A stretch of 64,000 bases of DNA, taken from Vicugna vicugna. Taxonomy: Eukaryota. A program made the position numbers and the translations under genes. The stretch covers positions 3,385,010 to 3,449,009 of the forward strand of contig MU058384.1 in the NCBI GenBank assembly GCA_013265495.1. The letters are read 5' to 3'. Below the pieces are notes generated by a model, which saw nothing but the letters and a program-made list of their open reading frames with translations, was not told the origin of the DNA and did not search any database. Positions 49,785-63,100 of this stretch are shown here, in pieces; the stretch's first letter is position 1, and each line of letters opens with the position of its first letter.

Positions 49785-50525
49785 TTTTAAAAGAATGTTA
49801 CTGAGATATAATTCATACCCCTTACAATTACTCCTATAATATATACAAGTCAATAATTTTTAGTATATTCACACATATGTACAACCATCACCTATAGTCA
49901 ATTTTAGGACATTTTCGTCACCTCAGAAAGAAACTACACACTCTTTGGCTATCACCCTCCTATTCCCTCCCTCCTTCAGCCTCTCAGCCCTACATAACCA
50001 CTAATCTACCTTCTGTCTCTGTAGAGTTCCCTCATCTTGATACTTCATGTGAATGGAATCATATAATATGTGATCTTTTGTGATTGACTTCTTTCATTTA
50101 GGATAATGTTTTCAAGGTTTGTCCAGGTTGTAGCACATGTCAGTGCTTCATTCCTTTTTGTGGCTGAATAATATTGCAGGACATGGATATACTGCACTTC
50201 GTTTATCCATTACTCAGTTGATGGACATTTGCGTTGTTTCCGCCTTTTGACTACTATGAATAGTGTTCCTGTAAACATTCATGGACAAGTTTCATGTAGA
50301 TGTGTTTTTATTTCTCTTGGGTATATACCTAGGAGTGGAATCGCTGGATCACACTGTAACTTTCTGTTTAATTACTTGAGGAACTGTCAGACTAAAGCAG
50401 TGGCACCATTTTACATTCCCATCAGCAATGTATGAGGGTTTCTATTTCTCCACATCCTCAGCAACACTATCTAACTTTTTTCTTATAGCAATCCTGGTGG
50501 ATATGAAGTGGTATCTCATGAAATT
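49785..50525 (-). mobile_element. LINE-1 3' fragment (L1MB-like)
   Basis: aaccactaatctac...aatggaatcatataatatgtg...tctcttgggtatatacctaggagtggaat...atttctccacatcctc. Confidence 0.88.
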
Positions 50526-51214
50526 TTTTTTTTTCAAAAAAATCCTCAAGTGTGATCCATTAGGCTAGTTGGCAGGATTAGCATTGGCTGACATGAGGTA
50601 AGACTTTGGCTCAATTCTATTTAAATTGAGATAGTGTTGAGAAGCTCTTATGTTCTTTCTATGCGGCTATCCCCAGTAAGGAAAGAAAAAAAAAAAGAAC
50701 TAGAAAAGACTATCCCAGTACCTCTTAGCTAGAAGAATAGGAAGCCCAGGGCATAAAAGAGTTCAAATTGTACTTGGTGAGGCAGTAGTGAGGAGCCCTG
50801 CCTACTCGGCTGTTCCTTCACCCTCCAGCTTTGCCCTCTCCTGCTACACAGCTCCTGAGGCTTTTTGAAGAACATGTTTTAAAAAACATGTTTCTAAGGC
50901 ATTAGGACAGTATGTTCCTAGAATCTGTGATACAGGCCTAATGAGCCAGCTGGACATCTTGACTCATTTGAGACCTGTTTCTGGGCAGCAGGAAGTTATT
51001 TTGGTTAGGAAGTTCTGGTTTCTGTTGTCTATCTAGAGACAAAGCAAGATTTTTTAAATTTTTCTCTAAAGTTAAAAGCAGGATTTGAGGCTCCATAAGA
51101 TTTCAGAATTATCTAACCCCAGAATTTCTTGGATTAAAATAATCGTGGAGTTTTAGAATAGGCTTGATTTTCTAATGGAATGGGCTAACTTCAGGCTAAA
51201 TAATCGCCTTGCTT

Positions 51215-52400
51215 CTTTATTCCTTCAGCAAGTATTTGTAAGCACTTACTATCTGGCGTTATACTAGGTCCTGGGAAGGAAACAGTAAGCATAGCAGAAG
51301 CAAAATCTCTTTCTTCATAGAGCTTTCTGTTTAATAAGGAAGATAGACATTAATAAAATAATCACACAAACAAACATACAATGATGCCGACAACAGATGG
51401 TACAGAAGAGCCATGCAGCACTATGAAAGCCAGGTCGAGGAGGGACCCGATCAGGGAGGTCAGGAAAGGTGTCTCTGGGAAAATGACACTTGAGATGATA
51501 TCTAAAGATGAGTAGGCATTAATTCTGCAAAGAGGGCAGAATAGAGCATTCCAGGCAAAGGGAACAGCATTGGCAAAGACCCTGTGGGGGTCATGGCAAA
51601 TACAAGAGACTGAAAGACAACTCATTTGTTGAAGAAGAGCAGGCGGGGGGTGGAGGGCACAAAATGAGGTGGGACTGGAGCACCATGAATGGGAATTTTC
51701 TGTTAAGGTGTTATGACTTCCTCCAGAAAAATGTAAATTTAATCAGGGGGCCATGTGATCAGATTTGTGCGTTGAAAATATCATTTTGGCTATATTTGGC
51801 TATATTTTCTGAAAATATACAGAAAAATACAAATTAGATACAGGTAGGTAGATCCCTGTAACAGTCCACGGGAGGTGGGATTTGGCTTGAACTGGGGTGA
51901 TGAAAAGGGCTATAGAAAATCTATTGTTGGAGGAACATTTTGGTAGGAAAAATTAGCAGGTCTTGGTGATGGGTTGGCTATAGGGTCAAGGGAGAAAGAC
52001 ATGTTGAAGATGACGTCTAAGTTTGTGGTTGGCATAACCAGATGAATCACTGAGATGTTTTTGATGAAGTTCAATGGAAAAAGACCAGCTGGACAGGGTG
52101 AAGGGTAATTGAGATCATGAGTTTAATTCTGAATATGCTGAGTTTAAGATGCTTTCCAGACACCCAAGAAAAATATCTGTATAGATCCAAGGATCTATTA
52201 GAGACACAAATTTGTAAGTAATTTGCATATAGTACAATGCTTGAGTAGGGAAGATAAATCTTAAAAAGAGATTGAGACAAAACAACCAAAGAGATAGGAG
52301 GAAATCAGAGGACTGCTTTATTTGTGAATGCCACAGGAAGAGAATACTTCAAGAAGAGAGCAGTCAATTAGGAAAACGGTGCTGTGAGCTCATGTTGTCT
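51215..52400 (-). mobile_element. LINE-2 fragment
   Basis: agagcattccaggcaaagggaacagcattggcaaagaccctg...atgtgatcagatttg...atgctgagtttaagatgc. Confidence 0.75.
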
Positions 52401-53859
52401 TAAATTGGCCATTGTAACATAATCACAATCCAGTGAATGGGCCAAGAATGGTCACTGAGTCACAAAGTCCGTCATCATAGATCACAGATTAGGAGTCCCT
52501 GTGAAGTCCGGAGCCAGGCTCCCTGGTATTCCTGGGCCAATGCTTGAAATATGTGCTTCACCTGTATTTAGGGTTAAATAACACATTAGACAACCCAAAT
52601 CTAAGATAATGAATTGATAAATTCAGAGGAGAAGTTCTGTATGCATATGATTAAAAAAAATTCTTTAACAGTCATAACTTGGGCAAGAAGGGACAAATAT
52701 TAGTCAGTTTAAATATAAATATTTTAGTGAAAAAATACAAATGATGTTTAATCTTGACAGTATTTATCTTCAACTAATTTCTACCAAAGTAAGTCTAAAC
52801 TCTGAGTCACACAAAAGAAAAACTGGGTTTTTGTTTCTTTCTGTTTTTTGGGGTGCTAAATATAAAAAGAATGTTAAAAATATGTTTTTTTAATCTAGGA
52901 GAAAATTAATTATACATCGTACTAGCCTACAAAACTGAACAGTGACTCATTCTTCTCTCCTTGCAAGTGATAGGCAAGAGGTCAATGGTCACCAGAATTT
53001 GGAGCATGAAAACCATATACGGGGTGAAATATCAACCACTTTGCAGGATTAAAATGTAAACAACGGGGAATTCCTTCTTCAAGCAATTAGGCAAAATTTC
53101 CAACCTAGTTGAAAAGTGAATTCATAATTTTTGGTTCCAAATCAAATAGTTGGGTGGTGGTAGAGTGGGAATCCTCCTCTTCTAAAATGGCTGAGAAATT
53201 CTGGATAAAATACAACACATTCTCTTAACTCTGTAGAGGAGCATGAACAAAGATAAAGGAAATCTCCAGGAGTGAAAACAAGGTAGCTGGAAACCACAGG
53301 AGAAGCAGTGAAGTCCCACTGCCACAAGGGCCTTTGCCCAATTTAGTAACTAGACCGTGGGAGGAAACAGCCACTCCTGGGGAAGAAGACAATGTCATAA
53401 GCCAGCACAAAGTGGGGAGTTTCCGGCCATAAAATCTTCTACCCTCAAGGGGCTGCACTCTCCATGAAACAGCAGACCAGGAAAAGCCCTTCCAGCAAGG
53501 GAGGAAACAAAGAAATGTGTATGTTTCAGTCTTGATTGTGTTAGGAATCAAGTGTTTCCTAAATTCAGAAAAGTTTGAGATTCAAATATACACAACTCTC
53601 ATGTTTCAGAAAACACCAGCTTGAGGTTGTGCCAGCTTGATGGTACCATGGGATGCCTTGCAAAGCCAAATACTTAAACCCAAATTCAGAAGCTGCACCA
53701 CACAGATGAGGTGTGTGGTCTATGTCCGTGGTGCAGTTCAGTGGTGTGACTATGGTCTTTTTAATACATGAGACTGGGTCCATTGGGAAAACAAGAAGTC
53801 TCAGTCCCCTACATCACCCATTTACAAAATCAAGTCTGGCTCGATGAAAACAATAAAAC

Positions 53860-54068
53860 TTAGCAATGACAGACTGCAGGCCAAACTGAACCTGTGGAAA
53901 CAAAATTGTATCCGATTATAGTCACACCCATTCGTTTACATTTTGTCTGTGACTGCTCTCACTCTACAGCTGTAAAGTCAAGCAACTAACACAGAGCCAT
54001 ATATGGCCCACAAAGCCTAAAATATGCATTGTCTGGCATTTTACAGAGGATGCTTGCTGGCCTCCATT
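53860..54068. mobile_element. MER58A-like DNA transposon
   Basis: cacacccattcgtttaca...tatggcccacaaagcctaaaatat...tctggcattttacaga. Confidence 0.7.
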
Positions 54069-54069
54069 C

Positions 54070-55400
54070 TGTAAAATAACGTGGGAGAAGATTTTCGTGA
54101 TTTGGGGCTAAGCAGACTCCCAAAAGTACTAATGATGGAGAAAATGGCTGGTAAATTAGACTACCCTAAAATTATGAACCTCTGTGTATCAAAATATACA
54201 TTAGAATGATGAAAATGTGAGCCACAGAGAGAAGATATTTATATACATGTTTTTGACAAAAGATTATGCCCAGAATGTACAAAGACCCCTTACAAACTAA
54301 TAATAAAAAGACAACCAATTAAAGAATACGCAAAAGATTTGAACAGACTCTTCGCAAAAAGGAATATCCAAATGGTCAACAAACATGTGAAACTTCATTA
54401 GTCATCAAGGAAATACAACTTAGAAACACGATAAATTGGTACTGCAGACTTACCAGAATAGCTAAAGTTAAAGAGTGAAACAAGCCAGACACAAAGTGTA
54501 TATTGTATGATTCCAAAAACTAATGTATATGGCAGTAGAACTCAGGACAATTACGGTTACCCTCTGGGGTTAAGTAATTGGAGGAAACATAAAGGAGGTT
54601 TCTGGGGTGTTTCCTGTTTCTGGGGTGCTTCTGCTACCACCCAGAATAAGAAATATCTGGTTTCTTGTTCTGGGTAGTAGCTATAGAGGAGTGTTTATTT
54701 GTCAAGATTTGTTGAGTCATATGCTCGTGATTCATTTGTCTTGTATCTATCTTATAGGTTGAGAAAAAAGTTTATTTGAGATTTTAAAATTCACACTAAA
54801 GCAACAAAAAAGGAAGTGTCAACTTTAAACATGTGCTTATGATACAAACACAAAGAAGCAGATCAATACAAGCAAGCTTGGCAGAAACAAGCACTGGCTA
54901 GACCAGCACTTTGAGAATTTGTAATATTGGAAGCAGATAGTAAAAGAAAAAAGTTTAAAGAAATAAGAGAGGGAATGAAAACATAGTCAAAAGACAGAAT
55001 ATTATTAAAACCAGATAGATTGAAAAAGACTCAAATAGAGCTCATTGAAATGAAAAATTATAATAATTGAAGTTAAAAATTGATTTTGGGGGTTAAAAAT
55101 CAGTTTAGACATGACTAAATAGTAAATTGGTGGAATGGAAGACACCTCTGAAGAAACCATTCAGAATCCTCTGCTGAGAAAAAAGAAAAATAAAAAAGAA
55201 ATTAAGACATGGAATATTAAATAAGAGATGCTAACAGATGTCAAACTGAAATTCCAGAAGAAAAGCACCTCTCTCTCTCTCTCTCTCCACTGATCAATCA
55301 TGGCTAATTTTCAAGAATTATAAAAGACAGAAATCTACAAATTGAAAATATATCATGAATGCCAAACAGGAAAACAACAGCAAAATCCATTAAAGAATTA
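54070..55400 (+). mobile_element. Degraded LINE-1 fragments (L1ME/L1M-like)
   Basis: caaaagatttgaacagac...cattagtcatcaaggaaatacaa; downstream A-rich ORF1-like remnant. Confidence 0.6.
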
Positions 55401-55964
55401 AATTTATCTAGAATTACTATAGTTAATCTGGTGGAAATTACAGTGACTATTAATTTGTTTAGTTTTCTTTCCTAGTTAACAATCATCTGGGTATTGATAC
55501 CAAAATGCAAGAAACAAAAATTTTCTCTCGATCCCTCTTGTGCTATTCCATGGTGTATAACATAATCCTGTTGAAATAATTTTATAGCAACATGTCTTCA
55601 AATGATTTTAAAGCTGCTTTGAAATTTTACATCTTTAAGGGCCTAAAAAATATTTGCCTTACTCTAAGATCTTAGCCCAAATAACATTTTATACTTCATT
55701 TTCCAAAACAATCACTGCAAGCTATGGAAATGATTGATAAATGTCAACTTAAAGCTGATTCAGAATGTAACAGTCTTTGCAAATAAAACATCAACTTCAA
55801 AGAAACTTCTCAGATATTTATATTTTAGGTGTCAGCACTGTCTCTCCGTAATGATTTTTGCCAGGTATCTGAATTTAATAATGATTTGTTATTATGCATA
55901 ATGTGTCCATGTGAAATACTCCATTTTTTAAATCATTTATCAAAACTTCCTATTCTTTCTCCAG

Positions 55965-56134
55965 CAAAAATAGATCCTCCAGTCATGAATATAACCCGAG
56001 TTAATGGATCTTTTCTGGTGATTCTCCATGCTCCCAACTTACCACATAGAGATGAAAAAGGAAAAGATGTATCAGTGGAAAATTACTATGAGCTAGTATA
56101 CCGAGTATTTATAATTAACAATTCACTAGAAATG
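55965..56134 (+). CDS. IL22RA2: IL22RA2 coding exon 4
   Basis: ctccag|CA; KIDPPVMNITRVNGSFLVILHAPNLP...YYELVYRVFIINNSLEM; ATG|gtaagt; 170 nt. Confidence 0.96.
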
Positions 56135-57118
56135 GTAAGTTCAGATGAATAGATAAGTTTGCTATTTTTTCTTTTGTTTAAGTAACATTTTAGCCATAAA
56201 ATATGTCCTGTCTTTTGCTGCTCTATCTCCTCTTATTTTCCCGTATCTTTTTTTAGTTCCTTCTCACTTTCACCCTCCTTGATAAACAATTAGTGGTTGG
56301 CATCACCATCAGAAGTTGCGTGTGTGTGTATGTGTGTTTGCAGCTTTTCAGCCACTCAGCTGGTCTCCATTTGATCTTCCCTGCATAGCTAAGATTGGTA
56401 GTAACAATATTTAATTCCATTTGATTGTCACAATATTCATTTTTATGGACTTTAAACACCTTATTTTAAAGTGGCATTTGGATTATATATTTGTGCCAAT
56501 TTTGCTATGATATTATAATCTTCTGGTGCCTTTATTTTGGTTTGGTGGTTAATTGAAATTCCTTTTTTGGGGGGAGGGGTCCATCTAAGACAGGGTCCCT
56601 TTGGCTGTAAAAAACCAGAAACCCATCCAAATTGATTCAAATAGAAAAGTGGAGGGGAGAGGAAGAGTTTTATTAGGAGGTATCAATCTTATGGACAGCG
56701 AGAAGCAAGGAATAAGTGCTACTGGGATTTATAGTGACTGGGAAGGAGAAATGGAAAAGGAAGTCTTAAAGAACCTCACTCTGTTGGAGGTCACATGCTG
56801 CACGTCTACAGGTGTCTCCAAATCTACTGCATTCCCCTCTTGCACAGTTCAAATTCTTGAAAAAGAGACTCTGACCACTGGGTCAATCCATCAGCATCAC
56901 TTAGGGAGAAGTCATGTGGTACCTTCACAGCCATGTGACCTGTCCCTTTATCAGTCTGTGATCTAGGACCCCAGAGAAGGAGGGTGTGTCTGGGAAGAAA
57001 ACCCTACAGCCCATCTACTACAGTCGTTACGAACAACTTAATAATTTTATAAAAAATAGAGCAAGTCAATGACTTACTAAAAACCATTTATCATCTCGTT
57101 TTTCCTGCTTGTATACAG

Positions 57119-57268
57119 GAGCAAAAGGTATATGAAGGCACCCACAGAGTGGTTGAAATTGAAGCTCTAACACCTCACACTGGTTACTGTGTAGTGGCTG
57201 AAATATATCAGCCCATGTTAGACAGAAGAAGTCAGAGAAGTGAAGAGAGATGCGTGGAAAGTCCTTGA
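57119..57268 (+). CDS. IL22RA2: IL22RA2 last coding exon
   Basis: atacag|GAG; EQKVYEGTHRVVEIEALTPHTGYCVVAEIYQPMLDRRSQRSEERCVESP-TGA; joined CDS 696 nt = 231 aa with no TM helix. Confidence 0.96.
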   Translation, partial: EQKVYEGTHRVVEIEALTPHTGYCVVAEIYQPMLDRRSQRSEERCVESP

Positions 57269-57565
57269 AATGCTCTGCATAGTGGAATCAAAAGGTCTCT
57301 GTGAATGGAATGGCTCATGTTTGAAGAATTTCATTGAAAGTCAATTTTTTGTTTTCTTAACGCAGTGTTCACTTTTACACTTTGGAGTTTAATCATTCTT
57401 TCTTCCTCTTTATTTTATTTGTAAACACATTTAAGCAACCCCCCCCACACAAAAAGACATTAGAATTTAAAGAAGAGGCAGAGAACAAAGGGCTCCATGA
57501 AATACAGAACTTCATTTCTGATTGTAATGTCTCTAACAACAATCCCAATCCTTCTAAGTCAGCTA

Positions 57566-57571
57566 AATAAA
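57566..57571 (+). terminator. IL22RA2: Candidate proximal poly(A) signal of IL22RA2
   Basis: AATAAA about 300 nt after the stop. Confidence 0.4.
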
Positions 57572-59071
57572 AATTTAAGAACCAAGGAGAGAAGACATTG
57601 TTTAAAATGTTGTTGAATTAATATTTTTTTTAAATAGCATTACAGACAGGCAATCCTGGAGCAATCCATTTTTACTCTTTATTTGACAGTTAACTTGACA
57701 TAGACATTTCAACTTTCACATAAATGGAATTTTTAGCTGAATGAGTATTTTCCATTGCATTTCTATTTTATATGAATATACTTTTTCATACATTCATTTT
57801 CCATTATGTAATACTCCTACTTAATGAACCGTTACTTTCTTTCAAATTCTATTCTGTGTAAATAAGAATAGTATTTGAAAAAACAAAAAACCTCTCATGA
57901 TCTCTGAATTAATATCTACATTAAGTTTATCAACAATAACATCTAAATACAAAAGGGTGCCCACTCAATTCAATTTCCCTCATTTAACACATACATTAAA
58001 GTTTTCTTTTCTGCTTTTGTTTTGTTTTCTAACATTGCCTTAGAAGAATTTATCCTTATTCTCCAAATCAGGTATAATCATTTTTAGCAACAAAGTGAAA
58101 AAGAAACCTTAACTCTAATTTATATCATACTCATTTCTCAACCATGCTGGTGAAGAGTCACTTGCCAGTAGAATCTTCATAATCTCTATAAACAAGAATC
58201 TTAGGAATGCCAGTTTGACTGGGGACGTGAGGTTTGGTTGGGGACCGGGTAGAGAGGTTGACTTGTAGCTGAAAGCCCACCATGGGGGGTAGGTTTATTT
58301 GGAGGAGGGACCAGCGCTGGGGGAGATTGTAGGGCCAATGAAAGCCCACCAGCAACCTCCTGGCAGCTCCAGGGCCCCACCAAGCGGAGGTCTGTGGGCT
58401 TAGGCTCAGAAAGCTGCCTTCCTCACTTGGGCTCAGTTTTATATATGTGTTTATGGTTGTCTGTCTTGTGAAGAGATATATGCTGGACAACATTTGTACA
58501 ATTCCTCATGAGCATTGCTCCAAAATGTGGCAAAAATACAGTCGGTGTTTCTGGTTATGTACAGTTACACACAATAGTAAACTGATTAAAAATTATTCAG
58601 AAAGGAGAGAGCACAGAGGGAGAGAGTAAGAGACAGAGAAAGAGCTAGAAAATTGGTTTCACTGCTTTCCCATATGATGAGAAAAAATTACTTTGTATAT
58701 CTTGAGATAAAAAATTACTTTAATCTGTGTTTTTGAATTATGCTGTATTTTTTGATTACTGTCTATTTTGCCTTTCGTTCTTTTGAGAAATTAAGAGCAG
58801 TGGGATGCGTGGGGAGTAAGGATTGTGTGTGGTCAACAGCATTTAAGTTTTTGAAATTCAATAGTCCTGAACTCTGATTTTAAAAATTTTTAAAAAAAAG
58901 TTACGGTTGCCTCATGAAAGTTATTAGGTAGTATCAAGTTTTGTTTTATGTTTCTTTCACTTTGTTTCTGCTTTCCCGCTTTGGCATGTTTAGGCAAGAA
59001 TAAAATACTTCATAAAATATGAAAATTGTCACATTCTTCATTGTGTAAGGAATATATTGTCATACTACTTC

Positions 59072-59077
59072 AATAAA
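59072..59077 (+). terminator. IL22RA2: Candidate distal poly(A) signal of IL22RA2
   Basis: AATAAA followed by ttttcattgttttgctttgcttttt; another AATAAA at 58999-59004. Confidence 0.6.
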
Positions 59078-59259
59078 TCTTTTCATTGTTTTGCTTTGCT
59101 TTTTGAAATATCTGTTATTTGGGTTTTTTAAAGGAAAGACTTATGAAGCATATCGGATGAAGTCCTCATTAGACTTCTTAGACCCACATAAACATCGGCC
59201 AGAAAGGAGCAAACAATGTTTAGCTGGACTGAGGGCCTTCATTTATGTGGCCCTATGAT

Positions 59260-60105
59260 CAAATGGCAATTCCACTCCTACAGGGTCTCAGGTCAAACGC
59301 TTTGGGGCCATCTTTGTTTCCTCCTTTACAGTCACATCCTGTATTCAATCCATCAATAAATTCTCTTGGATCTAAGCTCCAAAATATAACATTTCTCACA
59401 ACTAGCTTATACCAGGCTGCTATCTGGTTAACTGCTGCAGCCACTTGGCTGGTCTCCTTACTCTGCTCTTGCCTCCTTCTAGTCTGGTCTCAGCAGGGTC
59501 GCCAGGGTGATCCTTTGAACATAAATCAGATCACGTCACTCTTCTGCTCCTAACTCCACAATGGCTTCCTGTCTCATAGGGATAAAAACCACAGTTCTTC
59601 CTGTGGCCTCCAAGGCCCTGGATGACCTGATTCCTTTTCTCATAATCTCTCAGACCTCATTCCCTAATTCTGGCCACTCTCACTTCATTCCAGCACACTG
59701 ACCCTGCTGCTTGGCCCTCAAATACAAATGCACTGGCCTCTAGGCCTGTGTACCAGCTGCTTCCTGAAAAGCTGTGCCCCAGAAATCCACAGCCTCCCAC
59801 CCTCACCTCCATCAGGCCTTTGCTGGAAGTTTGCCTTATCAGTGAGGCTTCCCTCACCATTCGATTTAAAATCACAAACTGTACCCTGTGACTCTCTCTA
59901 CCCCTCATTTTCCCCCACAGCACTTGAATCAGCTGATATACTATAGTTTACTTATTTATCTTGCTCATTGTTTATTTTCCCCTCCTCCACTAGAATGTAA
60001 AGGCAGGTCTGCCGTCGTGTTTTGCTTTGTTCTGTTTTGTTTCCATAGCTCTATCTTCATTCTATTCATATCTGTATAGCAGATGCTCAATTAATATTTG
60101 CTGGA
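59260..60105 (+). mobile_element. LINE-2 3' fragment
   Basis: cagatcacgtcactcttctgctc...caatggcttcc...ccactagaatgtaa...gatgctcaattaatatttgctgga. Confidence 0.8.
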
Positions 60106-63100
60106 TAAACTAATGAAACAAGAGTTGAACCACTGGAAGTATGGCAGGAAGGAAGGTTTTTCTTACAGTTTTGTGCAGTCTGCTGCCTATCTTCCTCCAC
60201 AGGTCAGTGTGGAGAACAAGCCATTTTTCACAGACAGGCATCTATGGAAACAAGCAGAGCCTGGGTGTTGGCCGTTCTGAGCAGAGAGCTATCCTAGAGT
60301 CATTGTTCCTTCGTCCAAATGAGTGTCATTTCCTAGGTGTTGTTTGTTCTCCTTGGATAACAGTCAAGTCCAGAAATCCTGTCCCAGATTTCCTTTAAAA
60401 GGAGATGGGTAAAATTAGGAAAGCAAAAATGACATATCCACTCTGATGAGAAGGAATTTTAGAAAGTGTTCTCAAGATAGGGTTGAGTTGAGTGAAAGAA
60501 ACCATGAGAAACTCGATCATCAGAAGCAGATGAGCCTTTTTCATCTCGGGTCGGCTGAGTTGTCTGACGGAGTGCGCTACAGGTAAAAGCTAACTTCTAC
60601 TTGCTTCTAAAGTAAACACACATTGAGAGGTTGTCTATATGACAGTGATGAGAAAGAAGGAAAGATTCCAATGGACACGCAAGGTGTAATGTTTCTTCAA
60701 TAGCAAAAGATACAGAAACTTAGGGAGAGAGTTAAATAACGAAGGAGAACACAGGGCTCCCAGACCAGAGCTCCCCACACTCCTACCTCCCCAGATCCCT
60801 ACATTTTCCCACCAAAACACAGGATTGTAGCTTCTTCCAGCTGCTCAGAGTAAAGCTTCCCCAGGTAAGAGGTCCTCTTTGCCACTCTCACAAGGATTTG
60901 ATAGCCCCTGTTTCCCCTTTCCTCTGTCTTTTGAGAAGACTGGCTAAAGGCTTGTCTGCTGATGAGGGGCAAGCAAATGGCAACAGTCTCAGCCCAGCCC
61001 TGAGAACTGGCCGTGACAGTGGACAAAGGGACGGTCATTCCCTCAGCCATAGTCCTCAGCAGGTCCCGGCTTCAGCTTGTCCTCAGGCTACGCTTGCACA
61101 TACGTTATTTCTTTAACCCTCACACTTGCCCACCAGGTAGTCATGATTATTATGAAATAGACAGTCACCTGTTTTATAGGTGAGCCTCTGAGAGGCTGTG
61201 ATTTGTAGGGTCAGAAATCATATCTAACTCAACAACTTAAGCACTTTTTATCAGACCGTCTAGAAATTCCTCTGGGTTTTTGTACATACGGATTTCCGCT
61301 TAGTCCCTTAGTTAAAATTTCTCTTTTAAATATTAGTTTTGCCCTGTTGAACTTCAGAACTTTCTTTTTCTCTTTAATGTCAGTCAGTACATTAAAGGAC
61401 AAGTGTTGACCTCTGGGGCAAGAGAGCATGGGGACAAGGAGATCTGGGCAGCGGGTGGGGGGGCTGTCTGTTTTCAGGGACAAGTAGAAGCAGGGCCCAA
61501 CAAGATCGATTTGTCCTGCATGGTTGGAAGATACATACTCCCTGACAGCACTCGTTAAGTCTATACATTTATTAGTAAACATTCACTAATTTGGCAAATT
61601 CCATCTCCAAGATGCTTTGAAGGCAAGTGTCAACCATTTCTATGGTCTCTTGATTTTCAAATAACTATTCTGAAATTGATTTTGTAACAGAAGCTCCAGT
61701 GTTTTCCATGCAGAGCCACAATGACCATAACAGCAACAATAAAGCAACCTGATGTGTTGAAATCTGATTTAGAATGAACTCCAGACAAGCCTTTAAAAAT
61801 TATAACTACTTTGAAATTCTTACATCAAACTATATGGCTCCCTTTACTTACATACCATTTACCCAGAGACATAAGTGAACTTGGAGAATAGAAATTTTTT
61901 TTATTGTTCCAGTGGATTTCCTTTTGTTTATTTTCTCCTGCCGGTTAGATCCATGTTCCCTTTAAAGGAAAGTCAGCCTTTGAGTCTAAACGATGACAAA
62001 AGTCAGTCCATAGCCAAGTGTTTGACATTGCCTACACTAAACCACCAAAGTTGATCTCTACAGAATAGGGGTGGTCCAAGGAGAGGGACCTTGACCCAGA
62101 GCCCCAAAGATGCAGATTTTTTTAAGCTAAGACTCCAGTCCTTTTCATCACGTCTTCAGCAATTGCTAGTCTCTCAGTACCCACAACTCCGGGCCTGATG
62201 TGGGCAGGGGCTGGTCTCCTGGACCTTCCTTCCCCTCTCAAAAGCCCTAGGCCTTTCTGCTTTCTGACCCTGAGGAGGTACAGAGAACAGGTGGTTATGC
62301 TTGACTGACAATGTCACCAATGAACCAGCTCTGTCAAATATTTGCATTTGGGGCTTTTTTTAATCTATAAAAGATTAATCTGGAACAAAATGCTTTGCCC
62401 TGAGTGAGATATTCCAGACACGGTGTGCAATTGGAAATATATATTTTGGGCAGAAAGACCCTTCACCTTGTCCGTGAAATCATACTGAACCTGAGGCTGA
62501 TAATCCTGGAGATGGATCTGTTTAATCTTTCTGGAGGTCTAGGAGGGCGGGAGGTGGGAAGTGGGCTCTCATGGCCCACTGCACGGCCTGTCCTGTCTTC
62601 ACATTGACCCCTTGTTTCATCCACCAAACCCAAGATGCCTGTGTGACAGCACCCAGAACAGTCTCCTCTCCCTGTCCCTGTTTGTCACCTTCTCAAAAGA
62701 ATCTCTCCCACTTTCCCCACGCACATGCAGAGCACAGTCACATGGTGGGATTTGACTCAGGTAAGTCAGTCTGTTCTTTTCAAATATTGATGTCGACAGT
62801 GGGGGAGAGAAGCCTGCTCTCAACTCTGGCGTCATGTGCTGTAAGGACTGGCTGAGTTTGGAGCTGCCACAGGGCTTTATGACAAAAACATGGCTCTGCT
62901 TCTCAAAGTGATCATAAGGGAGACTGGAGCTGGATGATTCCTTAATCAAAATGTCCACTGAGAACAGGCTTTCTTCTCCATCTAAACCCAGCCAATACCA
63001 GACATCACTACTATTCTTTATATTTGTGTGGGAAGCAGCATTTTGCATTGTTTAAAATTAAGATTATTTTTTGTTTTCTCAAAATAACTTTAGCAAAGAG

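Noticed and set aside
58210..58225. agtttgactgggg resembling a 28S rRNA motif
   Set aside because: Only about 13 nt match and the flanks do not extend the similarity
62758..62766. Perfect splice donor CAG|GTAAGT downstream of IL22RA2
   Set aside because: No matching acceptor, promoter or recognisable coding frame; isolated donors are common
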